A stretch of DNA of 64,000 bases from Callorhinchus milii (Eukaryota). Positions 24,801 through 39,800 of the stretch are shown here, piece by piece. Under the pieces are notes generated by a model. That model had not been told where the DNA came from and did no database searches. It saw nothing but the letters and a program-made list of their open reading frames with translations. Numbering within the stretch: the first letter of the stretch is position 1; every line of letters starts with the position of its first letter. A program made the position numbers and the translations under genes. The stretch covers positions 10,168,001 to 10,232,000 of the forward strand of contig NW_024704759.1 of NCBI RefSeq assembly GCF_018977255.1, in the 5' to 3' direction.

Positions 24801-27800
24801 ATGAGGCGCTGTAGTCAAATGCAAGGATTATTATTATTATAATAAATAATTCACCGGTGGAAAGTGCAAAGTTCTGGTTTGATATGCATCAACAATATTC
24901 AGCCAATTCATCTTTATAAACTAGTAATAATCCTTGTATTTGATATAGCACTTCATCACATCTTCGAGACTTCTCATAATACTGTGTGAATGGGGTTTTG
25001 CTGGTCACTCATGTTAGATACTCGAGTTTACAATATTGCATTGAAATGCCAATGAACATTACACTTGGAATTCATAAAATTTGGACGAATGTGAAGCTGA
25101 AGTTAAACATCCAATCTTTACTGTAACCCTCGGGGTTTGCTGGACAATTCATGCATGCCTTGGAACAACACGTCAGCCTTTTACTGGGAAAACACTCCCC
25201 TATGTACCAGCAGTGATTAGTCACAAACACCCACCATCAACCAACTGGACCAGGAAAAATGAACATTACCGATAAGGATTTCATGGATCAAGTACAGACC
25301 CACTCTCCAGTTCCCATCACTGGATCATCGAGGGGTTCATAGTCAGAAGTATAATCCAAAGAAGAATAGATGCACCCAACAAGACTGCCAAGGCATCAGA
25401 TTTCCTCCAAATTAGATTCCTGGAAATCAGGCTTTGATTCCCACCACTTTATTGCAAAGGAATGAAGAGAAATATCAAAGTACATTGCTTTTGTTTACTC
25501 TAAGGCTCAAGCTATAGCAGTGAGATATAAACAAGTGGCCAGATGTAAGCACAAGGGTATCTTTTGGTTCTGTCTGCTTTATACTTGAGAGGACTGGTCA
25601 ACTTGGACTGAAAATGATTCGGATTTGCTAAATTGACTCCAAAAGGCCCAAGTCAGATGACTTCTGGTTCGAAACTGTTGATCAAATGTGTAAATGGGCA
25701 GTTAATCCTAAGGACATTCACTGAAATAACGCAAGTCAATGGAGATAAATAATAATCAGGGCATTTAGAAAAGGTTTGACACCCTGAATGCAAGATATGA
25801 ATTAATGTGAAATGTACAAAATGTGCTCGTTTTGCGAAAATATAAGATACAAAATCTAAAAGAACTTCAACTCGCAAACTCTCTGCACTCACAACAGTAG
25901 GTTACTGAGGCCAATGGAAGCAGAAAGCCAATGTAATAAACTAAGTTACAATTGTAAAAGTTAATGTAATGACATGTTCATTATGAAGCAGTTGCAAAAA
26001 TGTAGCTTATTTTGGTTCAGAGGAAAATCTACACTTGAGATATATTTCATGGCGCTTATCGGTGAGCAATTCCAGGAACAGCTATAATGAGCTGCTCTGC
26101 AACAAGTTCTGCTGATCTGTCTGTCATTCTACGAGAAACTGTCTGAGGGACTGCACTGTGTAGAAAAACGTTTACAAGAACTAATGCAAGACCAAAGTGT
26201 CTATAGAAAAACAGATCTCAAGACCTGTATGGGTTAGAAATTCTACTTGGGTCTAGATTTACTCTATTCACGTAACATTTCAAAGCGTGCAGAACTTGGA
26301 AAGTTGTTGAATTCCGTTTTAACTTTAAACTTTACGGTCCTTAAAAGAACAGCTTCAGAATTAAAGATTGTATTTAATTCACAACCCTCTCAAATGCTAC
26401 CTTAATGGAGTAAATCTAGACCCAGGTGGAATTTCACCCCTGTAGTTTCCTGAGGGCTGTTCATGGGAAACACTCGGCCAGTTTCAGTTCCAGAAATCAG
26501 CTGTTAGCCTGTATTGTAATCCGGTTTCCTGCCTAAATAAATCTTCTACTGTAAATGGATAAGTTCATCTGTCTAGGAGACTTTTACTACTAAGTACATA
26601 GCACAGCACACCAGAGATTACTTTCTGGCTTTCATTGTGGGGCCTGGAGTGAAACTGGTATTTCTGCACAACCAATGGTTACGGCCACCGCTCTTTTGCC
26701 AACATATATTACTTTTCAGCATCTGTTTGGTTTAAAGATTTTATTAGACTTTACAGATATTCAAAGTTAGATAGTGTTACAAACACTCGGGCACATTTAA
26801 AGCAAAAATAAACTGGCTGTTTAATGAATAGTCCTGGCACACTTCACCTGAAAGCAAACATTTGTGTATTGTAAGAACCCCAAAGTACAGGGGTGATCGC
26901 ATTCCCATTTAATGCCCTTTCTTTTGTGAATGATCAGGTTAAACGATGGGCAGATAGATAGCAAGTAACCACTTGGTATTAATTGGCATTTGTAGTCAAA
27001 CTGGAGATTATTTAAAAATACATAATTATTTTCCCCAATAAAAACTGAATTTCCCCCCACCGCTGCAACCTCCTAAACCCCTACCAACCTGCCCGCTCCC
27101 TCCGCTCGGCAGGCTCTGACCTGCTGCATGTCCCCGCCTCCCCTGCCCCACCTTTGACTGGCGGACCTTCAGCCACTCAGCCCCCACCCTCTGGAACTCC
27201 ATCCTGCAGTCCCTCCTCCTCGCCTCGTCCCTTGCCTCCTTCAAGTCCCATCTCAAAACCCTCCTCTTCGACCGTGCCTTCGATCACCCTCCTTCCGCCC
27301 CCTGCCCCCCACCCTCTGCAATTCCGACCTCCAGCTCAGGTCCTAAACGCTGACTGTCCAGTGCTTTGGGACATCCTACCAACGTGAAAGGCACTATACA
27401 AATGTAATTTTGTTGTTTTTGTTGTTGTTGTTGAATCCTTCTGCTGTTTTCCTTGCTGTAGGATATGTGCGCCATAGAGAGGACATTGGAGATTCATCTA
27501 GGAGAGTTTCACATCAGAATGAAAGGTAACACTTCTTTTTGAAATAAAGTAATTGAAAATGCATGGGAGGCATGACAACAAATGATATTGGTGAACCAAC
27601 AGGACACTGAATAATCAATGTGGCTTTAAACTGAGTGGATTTTGTCTGTAACGGTGAAGACTTCCTTCTGCTGTCACAATGTAGAATACTGTTAAACAGA
27701 GGGTGGTAACTAGTCATTTATGTTGGATGAAAGATTTAAGGAATTTCTGGGGCAGTGAAACTTCAATACAATACTATCGAATAAATGAAGCAGCCAGCTC

Positions 27801-30800
27801 GATTAGCAATCCCATTAATCTGTCGAGCTGCCTGAACCTCAACTCTCTCATGTCTTCACTCAGACAGATTGGACAGTAACCATTCTGGTAACAAGCAGGT
27901 TACCACTGTTCCCAGCTAATGCTGATGGAAACGTCAGACCCAACGCATTTACTCTCGGTCAGCCAGCCAACATTATTTTTGGAACAAGTCGAAGCATCAG
28001 TGTGCAGCGACCCTGTGTATGTTCATCCTCTGAGGTATGGGAGTCGGGAGGACTCTCAGCTGAACAGAGGTTAATTCTTTGGATGAGAGCATCTTCTTTC
28101 TGGACATTAGCTAGAAAAAGAAAACACAGAGAAGAAAGGCCGTTTCAAAATAGCTAACGTTACGTTGAAATAGATGGCAAGGCCTGGCCTTTCCCAATGT
28201 TTTCTGATCTCTTCAAACTAATCAGAATTGCTTTCTTACCCTGACCAGTCACTGTTTTTATCCGATGTGCTTTTCTAGGTTTGGTTGGCTTTGCACGTTT
28301 ATGTCCAGGAGATCAATACGAGGTGAGCGTTCAATTCCATTGTTTTTGGCATGAAATACTTGTACAGTCTCAATGGGAGAATTGCTTCCACATTTTCAAT
28401 GGTGAGTGAAACTGCGAACATTTTTATTTAATTGTTGGTTGCACAGGAAGGGTTTCGGTCAGACTGTAGAGGCTATTTCAACAGCTGTGAATCTGAATAG
28501 CTGCAGACTCAATCATGGAAATAAATAAAATGAACTTCATACTCTCAAGCTGTATTTTGTTTATACTGAAATGGGTTTGTGACTCTCCATTATGTTGAAG
28601 ACTGGAGACCAGATGATAGATGTTTTACACTCAGTCCTCTGAATTGACAAATCTGGTATTGTAAATAAATGGCCACTCAAACCCAATTATCAAACTTAAT
28701 ATTTCATATTACTTTCTCCATCTTTTAAATCTCCTTTCACCCCACACCATTCCCCAGTCGACAGATGATCTCTGCAATACTTCTGTACCACTTTAAGGTG
28801 ACCTCTACTATGTAGCATCACCAAAGATATTCTGTGACTGTCTCAGTCTGGTGTATTAGAAATGGAAAGACATTCAGAATCGAGCATTTCCCACTTCACT
28901 GGTCTTGTAATTAACTAAAAGTTATTGAGCTTACTCATAGATTTATGGAAAGATTTCTTCCTTAAATAACCTCAGATAAACACACATCGTTTCTTCCAAA
29001 AATACATTGTCATTGGTGTTATCTGACCACAGCAGTGGACAGTATTTCCGATAAGTCTTCTTATTCATTTCCCCTCCAAAGAACAATGCTGCTGGATTAG
29101 CATTCAAGATAATTGCTTCAATTTTAGCAATACATCTTATATAGGGAACCAGGAAAGGCTGCAAATTGTTCCAGCCGCAAATTATACAGTCCTAGCCAAT
29201 TATTTAATATGCTGTGTTACATTTAATGTTTGCTCAAAGAAATGTAAGTGTAAATTGCAAAGGGGTTTTAATTTTAAATTACCCAGAAGTTATCACAGGA
29301 TTCCTGTGTTACAGTATTTGTAATGCCAGAGCACTCAACAGAGGAATGGTGTTGACATGGGAGTAATAAAGAGGAGAAGTCTGAAATGTTCTGCTTTCTG
29401 AGAGGATGGTGTACTCTTGTAACAAATTTATTGTCAGAGTTTGGCTCAGTACCGAATCCAGCACTTGTCCCATAGCACCATAGTCTGCACTGTAAAACTA
29501 AGAGGCTATGTGAGATGGCCCCATGGAGCCTGCTAGCTCGGACAGTCATTTGACAATACCGTTTCTCGTAGAACAAGAGTAGTAATTTGCGAATTTAAGG
29601 CTGATAATTGATCTCTTCTCTGATCGGATTAACACTGAAATTTTATTCCACTGAACACCACATTGCAGGTTACTTTTTAAAGAGTGCTGTGTGGGGAATT
29701 TTAAGATTAGAATTACTAATAAGATCCAGATCGCTAAATAATGCCACTGCAGAGTGATACAGAAGCTTAAATTCAACCCCCCCCTACCCCCACATAACTT
29801 TTTGTATGTTTATAGAGCCATTCCTCATTTGTTTACATCATGTTGTGTACTAAAGAATTGCCTGCAGTGCTCAGAGAACATAAATCCTGGCTTCCTTTGA
29901 GAGGCGTACAAATTTATTGGAAGAACATAAGTGAAGAGGACTCACTGTGCTTGAATTAGCAAGTATGGGGGAAAAGGTCAACATTGCACCAAAGTAAAGC
30001 GAGAGCACATTTATTCCACTCGTGACTTCAGATTGAACTGAGTGCACTTTTTTCTATGCAAAAAAACTAAAAAAATTCCATTTGCTCTGCCCATTTGAAT
30101 TGAGCTACATTTCTAGCACAGTTGGAAGCTAATACTGTTATGATACTATTTCGTGCAGTGAGAAGGGCAATCTGTCAAACCCTTTCAAATGGATTTTTGT
30201 AACCGCGTATAATACCTACAGAATCTGCCTAACACTACCCAATGCATAGATTAGTGATCTGGTTTCTCTAGGTTTTGAAGGTGCAACTATAGTGGTGAGA
30301 ATGAAACGCGCTCTGTGTATCGTTTCCGTCTGTTTGGAGGAAAAGCTTTGATTTTTTTTTAACAGGTATTGATTAGATATGGTCGCCAGAGGTGGAAGTT
30401 AAAAGGAAGGATTGAGGCCGATGACAGGCAAATGTGGGACGAAGAGGAGGTGATGTTCCTACCTCACATTAATGAAGATGTTGAAATCAAGGTACTCGTT
30501 TGTAAATTTATAGAAGAATATCATTTTTTTTGAGTATTTTACGCTCATCAATTTGGGCTCCCAGTGTCAGCACTGAGCATTCCTGACATAGGGCAAATGC
30601 ATAGCAAAGCCACTCCTACTCCGCCAACAAGGGGGTAAATATTACATTCAGCGTTACATGTATTACCCTTGGCAATGTTGACCCTTAATTGGATTTGCCT
30701 CTTATAATTGCGCGTCAATAATGGCACCACACATAAAAACTAAACAGAATTTTAATTTAATTGTCCTCGTGTGTACTTAATAAATGAACCTGATGTTGCA

Positions 30801-33800
30801 CGCATATATATCTATAGAATTATAGAAAGTTCACATGATGGGCAGTCTTTTTGTTCTGTAGGTGGCCGAGATGAAGGGGTTGATGACTGTTTTGGTTGGA
30901 ACAGTGACTTGTGAAAGTGCAGACTTCTTCACAGCACAGCCTCAGATAATGATTGTGGACATTACTGAACTTGGCACCATCAAACTTCAACTGGAAGTCA
31001 TGTGGAAGTAAGTATTAATGCAGTGCATCTGAGAGGAAAGTCGCGAGTACACTATTCTATATAAAGTATAAGGTAGAATAACATTGAAAGAGGTGGTGAC
31101 TTTGGACGACAATTCCAGAAAAGAGGAACATGATGGCTGAAGGGATTTGAAGACAGCGGTGAGGACGTTTAAATCGCTTGACTGAGAGCCAAGAAGTTTG
31201 GAGGGGATGAGAATGTTAGCGGGACTTAGATCAAAGTACTTCTGGTTGAGGTTGTGAGGGGAGATAGGGAGATAAGTTGAGATAACGAAAATCTATCATG
31301 GCAGTGACAAGCTGAATAAGAGTTTCAGCAACAGTGGTGAGATTAGGAATATAGAGTAATCAGTCGTGGTGATGGATGGAATGTGGTTTTGGAACTGAGG
31401 TTGAGGTCAAACAGATAAACCTGAACAAGCAACCTGGGAGATTAAACACAATCAAATCCACGTGCTAACAAGAACTGAACGTGACGACCTCAGTCTTGCC
31501 ACCTTGAGCTGGAGAAAGTCACAGCTTCATTCAAACATTGCCCTTTTTCAATTCCCACTTCTTAATAATAGTCATTCATTTTTATTCCATTAAATCAGAA
31601 TTTAAAAGGGATTATTGGACCAAAAATGCTTTTCCGGTTCACGATTCTCTTTGCTTGGGTAAGGTGTTTAAGTGTGGACACTCTGCAAGCAAACTGAGAG
31701 CTGCCAAGGCAATTCACAATACGTCATCGCACACTCTGAGATCCTGAACTCCTAACCACACTAGTGTAAGAGCTTAAAAACTCCAGTGTCATCCCAGTTT
31801 ATTCCTTTAACAAACAGAAGATGTTGTTTGCAAACAAACTGATCTATCATCATCACTGAATACTGGCGTAAACACATTGATTTACGTGCATGTTTTAACT
31901 TATGTATTGCAAATAAATATTTGCCTATGTTGAAAGTTGCAACTGAAATATCCCATTTTGTGTATATATATATAGATATATAATGTGATTGTAAATGTAA
32001 TTATCTAAAATAAATTGCATGCACATATAGATGCCAGCTACATGATTGTGACTGGATTTTATTTGTTTAAAACAAACATTTTTGAAACATAACGTACGAT
32101 TTTTATATGAAATGCAGGATGCATGCAAATCCATGGCAAAAGGCATGTTTTTTACCCATGCACAAATGTGCTATTCCATCTGTCCAGGATCCATATGTAA
32201 AGATTCACAGAGCGTGTAAATGAGATTAATGTGTGCTTCACAACATATCAAGTTGTCATGCACAATCTGACAGGATCCAGAATGATTTAAATAATAATCA
32301 TAATCCTATGTATTTTGTCGGAAACACAGCAACCACAGATCCTTCTCCCCCACCCACATCTGACAGTGCCAAGGGCAAAGATACAAATTAGTGCATTTAA
32401 AATTTTAATCTCTCAGGATTATCAATTTCTTTCAGATTCCACTTATTTTTCCACATGAGATACAGCAAATTTGCAGCTGATAGTAGAAGTATTCACAACA
32501 TACATCAAAACATCTAAACATCAACGTCACATAAACCTCAGCAACATTCCTCTTCTGTATTAAAGCATACCAGCTCATCAGTAAAACATCCCATCTCTAT
32601 CCTACAATCCTTACATATTGTTGAACTTCAATGCCGGAATAAAGCAAATGTATGATATTGCCAACTGCACACAGTTGGCCTAATATGAATAGGATATCAT
32701 TCAAACATCCCAAAGCCTTCACAGGATTTACAGCATTGCTTTCAACAACAACAACAATAATAACTTGCATTTACATAATGCCCATCACAGGGATAGCATC
32801 TTGGAGTGCTTAAAGAACATCAACTTTCAAACTTGATTTATTGCAGCCGGAGGCTGAACTCTTCCTTTGATAACTGTGAGTGAACATTTCCAGCCATATC
32901 TTTGACACAGATTAAATGCAACATCTCCAATATCAATGTAATGTTCCAGTATTGCTCCAGGATTGATTATTGAATCATTTCTCTTAATAGTGAAGCACAA
33001 AACATCTGCTTGCTTAGCTTGGGGCAGTCTAGGTCCATTACACAATGATGGCAGTTAGGAAGGTCCATTTTCTAGTCTTTATATTCCTATATATGTTTGA
33101 ATCTCTTGCCTTTATCCATTTATTTTGAGCGATTTTGTGGCGGATACTTTTGCTCTTTATTGCTATAGTTTGCCAGTTCCAATTGCCTTACTGGCTTTAT
33201 CTAGTTCCTACTTATTGCTTGCTTCCTATACCAATGTTAAGACGATCTCTGACTTGTTTCACAACATGTGTCAGCCTGGCTCAGTTGATAGCACTCAGTC
33301 AGAAGGTTGTGGGTTCAAGCAGAATTTTGAGCTCGTCAGCTTGGCTGACATTCCAGTGCAGTGCTGAGGGGACACTGACCGACTTGTCAGCGGTGTCATC
33401 TTGCAGATGAGGTCCTGACTGTGTAGGCGGATGTTAAGGATTCCACCAAATTGTTGGTTCACTTCGTGGGTGTTTATTGGACACTGCTTTGTGCAAATAC
33501 TTTGTAAATCCTGTGAAGGCTTTGGGATGTTTCAGTGATATCATAAGCCACTCTGTTAAATTCAAGGATTATTATTTCTATGAAACACTTGACTGCTTCT
33601 CTTACCTACTAAACATCAGCTGCGACTCCTAAATTCGCAGTGTTCCCTCCTGAACTTTCCCTTCACTGTTTGTTCCTCTTAACCAATTCCTACACAGCTT
33701 CAGCTTTTACGTCTCAATTCTAATTAGTGCCACTTGTTGAAGACAGCTGCCATCCATTATCTTGGCTGCTGTTTATCCAAAATAGTCTTGGTACGTTTAA

Positions 33801-36800
33801 AGGGTCAGGATACAGTTTATATGCTGGTAAGGTTATCACCTATTATAATCAAATCCAAAAGAAAGGGTTCATCCCCTGTGGCAGCATTGATGCACATTTT
33901 GTTGCTAGTACACCGTCATTTGAAGTGGCAAAACATGGGTTTGCATCCGCAATTTGCTACATAGGGATGATCTTCCAGGGCTGTTGAGGAACTGGAGATC
34001 AGGGGAATGGACAAATCAAAAGGCCGGTATCCTGTACTATCTTCATCCATCTTCTGATGATTGATTCTGGAGTCAGAATAGGAAGAGGTTTAGAAACTGT
34101 TGGTCATACTCTGTAGTGTGATCTTCAGGGCAGGTTGTAAAAGATGGGAAGCAAAAGTAACTGTAAAATAGGAGGAACATATTAAATGGAAAAATGGACA
34201 TATATAATCCATTAGAATCACTGGAATGATATTCTCTTGACAAAGTGCAATGTGCGAATGGCTGAAACATTGACATAGGCAGTGATTTCAAATGACACAT
34301 ATGGCAGGCAGATGAAACTATTGGCCTCTGCTGGAACTTAAACCTGTGACCACTATGAAAGAAACGTTTTAATGCTTTGGCCCAAGGTTATTTAACACAT
34401 GTTTTAATAGGAATCTCCTGAAACTGAATCATTTTAGTGGGGGGTTAAGTGTGGCTCAACAGCCAATGCTAACAAATGTGATAAAGAGCCGTCCACTCAT
34501 TCTCCAAAACCTCACTGCGAATATAAAAGTTCATACACACAAGGGATGTGTGTTAATCTGTTTTATCAGCAATTTTTTAAGGAATTTTTCAAAACCTCCT
34601 GTAAGAATTTACACTCCAGGGGATAGTAATATCCACTGCGTTTAAAACCCTGTGCATCTATTTGTGGAGTCCTGTAGCTCAGTGGTTAGAGCACTCGCTT
34701 TGCAAGTGAGAGACCTGAGTTCAATTCCCGGCAGAGGGCGAAACCTTGGGCAAGTTTCCTTACTCCACACACCTAATAATAATCCCTCCAAAACCCAAAA
34801 CAATAATAAATTGGTCATTTTCAATCTACGACTGTTTGTGGGACATTGCTGTGCGCAATTGGCTGCCGCGTTCGCCCACAAATATACAGTCAATTCACTT
34901 TACAGTGTGTTCTGTGAAGCTCTTTGGGATGTCCTCCTGACATGAAAAGCGCTATATCAAATGCAAGGATTATTATTATTATTATATTATAAATAAAATA
35001 TTTGGAATAGAGGTAGGATATTTGTAGCACAACATAGCCCGATCCCCGATCAGAAAAGACAAAGTAACCCCAGGTGCTTGACCTCTGAGTTGCCTCCAAG
35101 AAATAAAAGTAAGAACCGGGTTAGGGAATTTGGAAAAAATGTATGATTTATCATGAAATAAAGCGATGTGTAGTTTGATACACCAGCAACACTTTCACAT
35201 AAAATGCACATTGACATATCCAGCGATTTCTAATAAATGTACACGTTTGTAAACGATTTGCTTAAACTCATGAAAGCTTCCTGAAACACCTGTTGAACTT
35301 CTTGTATGGTGATCAACATAGAATTTTACACAGCCGCTACACTTCACAGTGCTTCCTGTGAAGCGCTTCGAGACGTTGCGACTGCAGAATAAGAACCTAC
35401 GTCAAAATGCAAGGATTAAGATAGAGCCTTTCAAGAATTCATTCCGACCCAAATGGAGCAATACGTCAGACGTTGGGAGAAAGAGGCTACAGTCTGATTT
35501 GACCGGGATCAGGTTTATTCTCAGACCTCACCTGAGCCCACTGTTCCTTCTGTTATTTACGCCAGGGGTTCAAAGTAGAGCTTCGAAACAAAATTTCTAT
35601 ATTCTATCAGCTTATCTGAACCCAGCAACTGATGATTTTAATGATGTATGTAGGGCTTTCACAGGGGGACAACTTTAAATTAGGTTGTTGTGAAAAATAA
35701 TAAGAACGTATAACTCGAACGCTATTAAATACTTTTAATTTTACTGGCTTATTTAGTTTAAAATGCCGGCGGTTACACATTATTGCATTAGGTTTTTGCT
35801 GACTTTGCAATTCTTCATCCAGTTGCTGTGGGAGTACGGAGTAGTTTGTTAGTCGTAACCCACTCCACTATGTGTTGTTATAAACTGTGAAAGTGCCCTT
35901 TTTTCTTCAATCTGATGCAACTCCGAGCCTCAGCCTTTCACTGAGAAGGTTCAGATCAATATTGCCACCTTAAGGTAACATTCTGTTACAGCAGCACCAC
36001 TGACTCGCTGCACTAAATGCCACTCAAATGTCTGATTCAGTTGCTTTCAAAGGAGCTTCAGCCACCTGTGACGTTATTAAGCTGAGCTCCTCACTTCTGC
36101 TTAACAATGATCTGCATTAAAAAGGCATCCTTTGTATGACAAAAATATCATTCGGGCTGTGGCTTGTCCCTTCAGAAGGAAGAGGAAAGGCTGAACCTAA
36201 ACTAAGCGGAGAACTACGTTTTGGCATGAGGGATCCATACAAACAAATACCAAATGGTATTCATTTAAACTGGATTTGGAGGGTCTCTGACTCTGTAGAT
36301 AAGAATGAGCCCGAGGCCTGTAGCTGATCAAGGGGGTGATGTGAGAGGTTGCAATTCAGAGGCAAATGGGAAAAGAAAATATACCGATGTATATCAAATA
36401 GGGGAAGGAATGCTTTGAAAGATAAGCTTCAAGTATTTTGAGATGAACTCCAGCAGTATCAGCAACTAACTTTCAGAGTGAGAGAGATATACGCTGACAG
36501 CGAAATGATTGTGATTTCCGCTATCACAGAACCAAGGTTGAGGGTGGAGGATGGCCATGAGATGGAGCTACGAAGGTGTAAAATATTTCACAAAAATTGA
36601 CTCGTGAAACTGGCTCTGTTAGTAAGAGAGGACGTAGCAGTTGTTGAGAGGACAATAAACAGTAGCAGTTATGGCTGAAGAAATGTGGGTAGAATTCAGA
36701 AATGACAAAGGACAAAAAAAAAAGGACAGTAAATGTCAACTACAACTGACCTGTGCCAAAGCTGAACAAGTGGCTAGAGAGATGTTAGAGAAGCAAATAA

Positions 36801-39800
36801 AATAGGCTACAGGAAATCATTAACGTTACGATCAACTGGGATTTCAATTTCTCAGAAGTAAAGTGGTCAGGGCCGGGGAGAACTAGAAGGGAGGAACAAA
36901 CAAGACATTACCCAGAAATAATCGGTCACTGTTTCTTGACACATGTGAGACAGATTATGAAAGCAGATGGTGTAGTAGATACTGTGTTTAGCAATTCACC
37001 AGAACTGATCAGCAACTTGGACGTGAGTGAAGCTTGGATTCCAGCGATCAATGTAAAGTAAGATTTGATACCGAATTATAGGCTCAGACCGAAACTAATA
37101 ACACAGATGCGACATGTGACTTTAAGAATGTAAACTTTGCAGCTTTGATAAAAAGCTCGAGCAGGGATCAAATTCGAAAAATAAAATAGCTATAAGCGAG
37201 TGGAAAGAAAACAACAACACCAAGATTGCATTTGTAATTTGAGGTAAAGAGGTAATTCATAAGATTACAATGGATGAAGTACATTGTGCAAACAAGATGG
37301 TGTTGTTGAATGTCACAAACCTTGAGTTATACTGCGTTTTGCATATTGACTAAGCATGGTTTGTGCATCCAATCAATACAAAAAGTCCTGAGTAAACTAT
37401 CTGTTAGATTGGCGCTAAACAACATGAGTTTAAAGTTAAAACCCAACGGACTACATATAGAAATTGAAGATTCTTTTCCTCAGAGAGTTGACATGGGGGG
37501 AGGGGGCTCCTTAGAAAAGCAGTTACTGTCTTAGGCAAGTTTAATTTGTTTACAGTAATACAATACTATTCAGCATTTTGTCCTCATTCCTAGCTGAGGA
37601 GTGGTTCATGAGGCCTCTCTGATAACTGTAATATAACACCCTTCATACGGGACTCTACCCCACTATATAAATGCAAGTGTTGTTGCAAAATGGACCACAC
37701 CTGCAATAGGTCGAAAATATGATTTGGCAGTTAAGGACGCTTGCTTAAAAATAAAATCAAACAGAAATCTTAATTTCAATCTCAGTTCTGCTGTCAATTT
37801 CACTTCTGCCTTCTGCTTTACCACAGTCCGTTTGACACTGATGAGCTTTCTGCGATGTCTGGTTCAGTCAACAAGTACTCTGTGTCCAGCAGAAAAGGTT
37901 CTTTGTATAATTGGACACCTCCGAGCACCCCCAGCTTCAGGGACAAATATTTCCCTGTGAGTATTTCAAAGTGGATTAATTGTAATACTGTGCGTTGCTA
38001 TCAAGTTGGTCAGGTCAAGGAAATAACAGTAAATGAAAGTTAATGCTAACAGGAAATAGCTGCCAGGTGTTCAGTGTTATATATAGGATGTTACTGTTTG
38101 GCTATAAAATTCTCTGCACTTAAATGTCTTGTTATTGGATACAGAAGAATACATTTATCTGATTGTGTCTTAATGCTTTGGTGTATTAATGCTCGATTTT
38201 CCACTCTGTTAAACAGCAATACTTTGGACAAGAGGATACACTGCCTCCATTATATCAGGAAACAAAAGGAACATCTATCTTTAATTACTTAGGAAATGGA
38301 AACCAAAACACACACTTATCATCTGTCCCCGAGAACGAGAAGTGCCACAGTTATACAAATGTGGAGTCAGAAGAAAATAGTCGTTGCGTTGAAGGTTCTT
38401 CGGGAATTCAGGGGTCGACCAGTGAATTATCTAGTGGTACACAGGAAGATATCCCTTCAGTACAACCTGCCGACTCACCACAGACACAACCCGATTCTCC
38501 AAATCAAAAACAATTACAATTGGATTGGACTCAAGCCGTATCTTCAGTCCTGCCAGAATCTGCTTTGCATGTAGGACCACAACCCAGTCAACAGCTGTCT
38601 AGGGGGAAGCCTCCTGCACTGGGTTCAACTGACCACATTAACACACACATTCTAGACCAATTGACTCCCACCCTCCCCAGCACACATGGAAATGGAACCC
38701 TTGTACCTCCTGAGAAGAGTGCGAGGGCAGATTTTGTTTCGGTTAACATTGGAGCAATATTGCAGGAGATATTGATGTTTCTAAGGACTGTGCAAATACG
38801 CTATAAGGAACTACAGAGACTGGAACAGCAGCTCCTGCACTTTAGGGACATTCTGGTAGGTACATTCAGAGGTACAGCTTGATACTGTGGTGGGAAGATG
38901 GCGGAATTGGTATTCTGTACGCATTAGGTCAAATTGGCCTTTCTCAGCCTCTTGTCATCAGGGACACAATTGGGTTCAATTGCTTTCTAAAATGCCCTAA
39001 GTTGTCTCTTTTCTGATCAGCTGTCTCCCAGTCATACTTACGTTTTCCATGCATTGCAAGGAGGCGAAACTGCACCAGGCCATACGTGGCAACTAACTGA
39101 ATTGTAAAATCAGAAATAATTATTTTCGCGTCACGTTATTTTTCAAAACTTGCTTTCAACAGAAAGAATCAACCAGCAGCAGAAGTGAATCCACAGTCAG
39201 TCTGAGCGTTGAAACCGCCTTAGAAAGCTTTGACTTCTTAAATGTGGATATAAATGAAGATACCCTCTCCTGTTCTGGGAGTGTGCGGATAAAGGATGAA
39301 AGGTACACGATTGAGTGAAGATAATCTACGGTACACACACACAGCTGGGCTTTTCGTTGCTGAAACATATGTAGAATAATGGAGGAAAGCCAAAAAGGCA
39401 TCAAATTCCTCCATGATTTCATGGTTGAGTGTTAATTCTTCAGGTTTATTCATGTTTGTGACAGTAGCTAAGGTGATAAAACTCTGACCATCAGTTTATG
39501 ATCTTCTGTCTGCTTCATTGATCTTTCTTTATACACTTTTTTTTTCCATTTGACAGGAACAGCACTTACACTGAACCCAGTCTTTGTCATCATGACTTGT
39601 CAAGTAAGAATGGAGAATCAGGAACAAAACGAAAGCAAATTCTTGCCCTGACATCAGAAAACCACTATCTCGATCAAACCCTCTTAACTCACCTGCAGAT
39701 ATGCAGGAGGCTTCTGCAGGTAAAGGAGTACAGACAACTGCATTTAATGCAAAGAAATCCACGAGTGCTAAAATCTGTCTCAAGTCTCCTCTCGTGATCG

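Noticed and set aside
30615-30672. Imperfect hairpin CAAGGGGGTAAAT..ATTACCCTTGG as a pre-miRNA
   Set aside because: Pairing is too interrupted and I recognise no miRNA family
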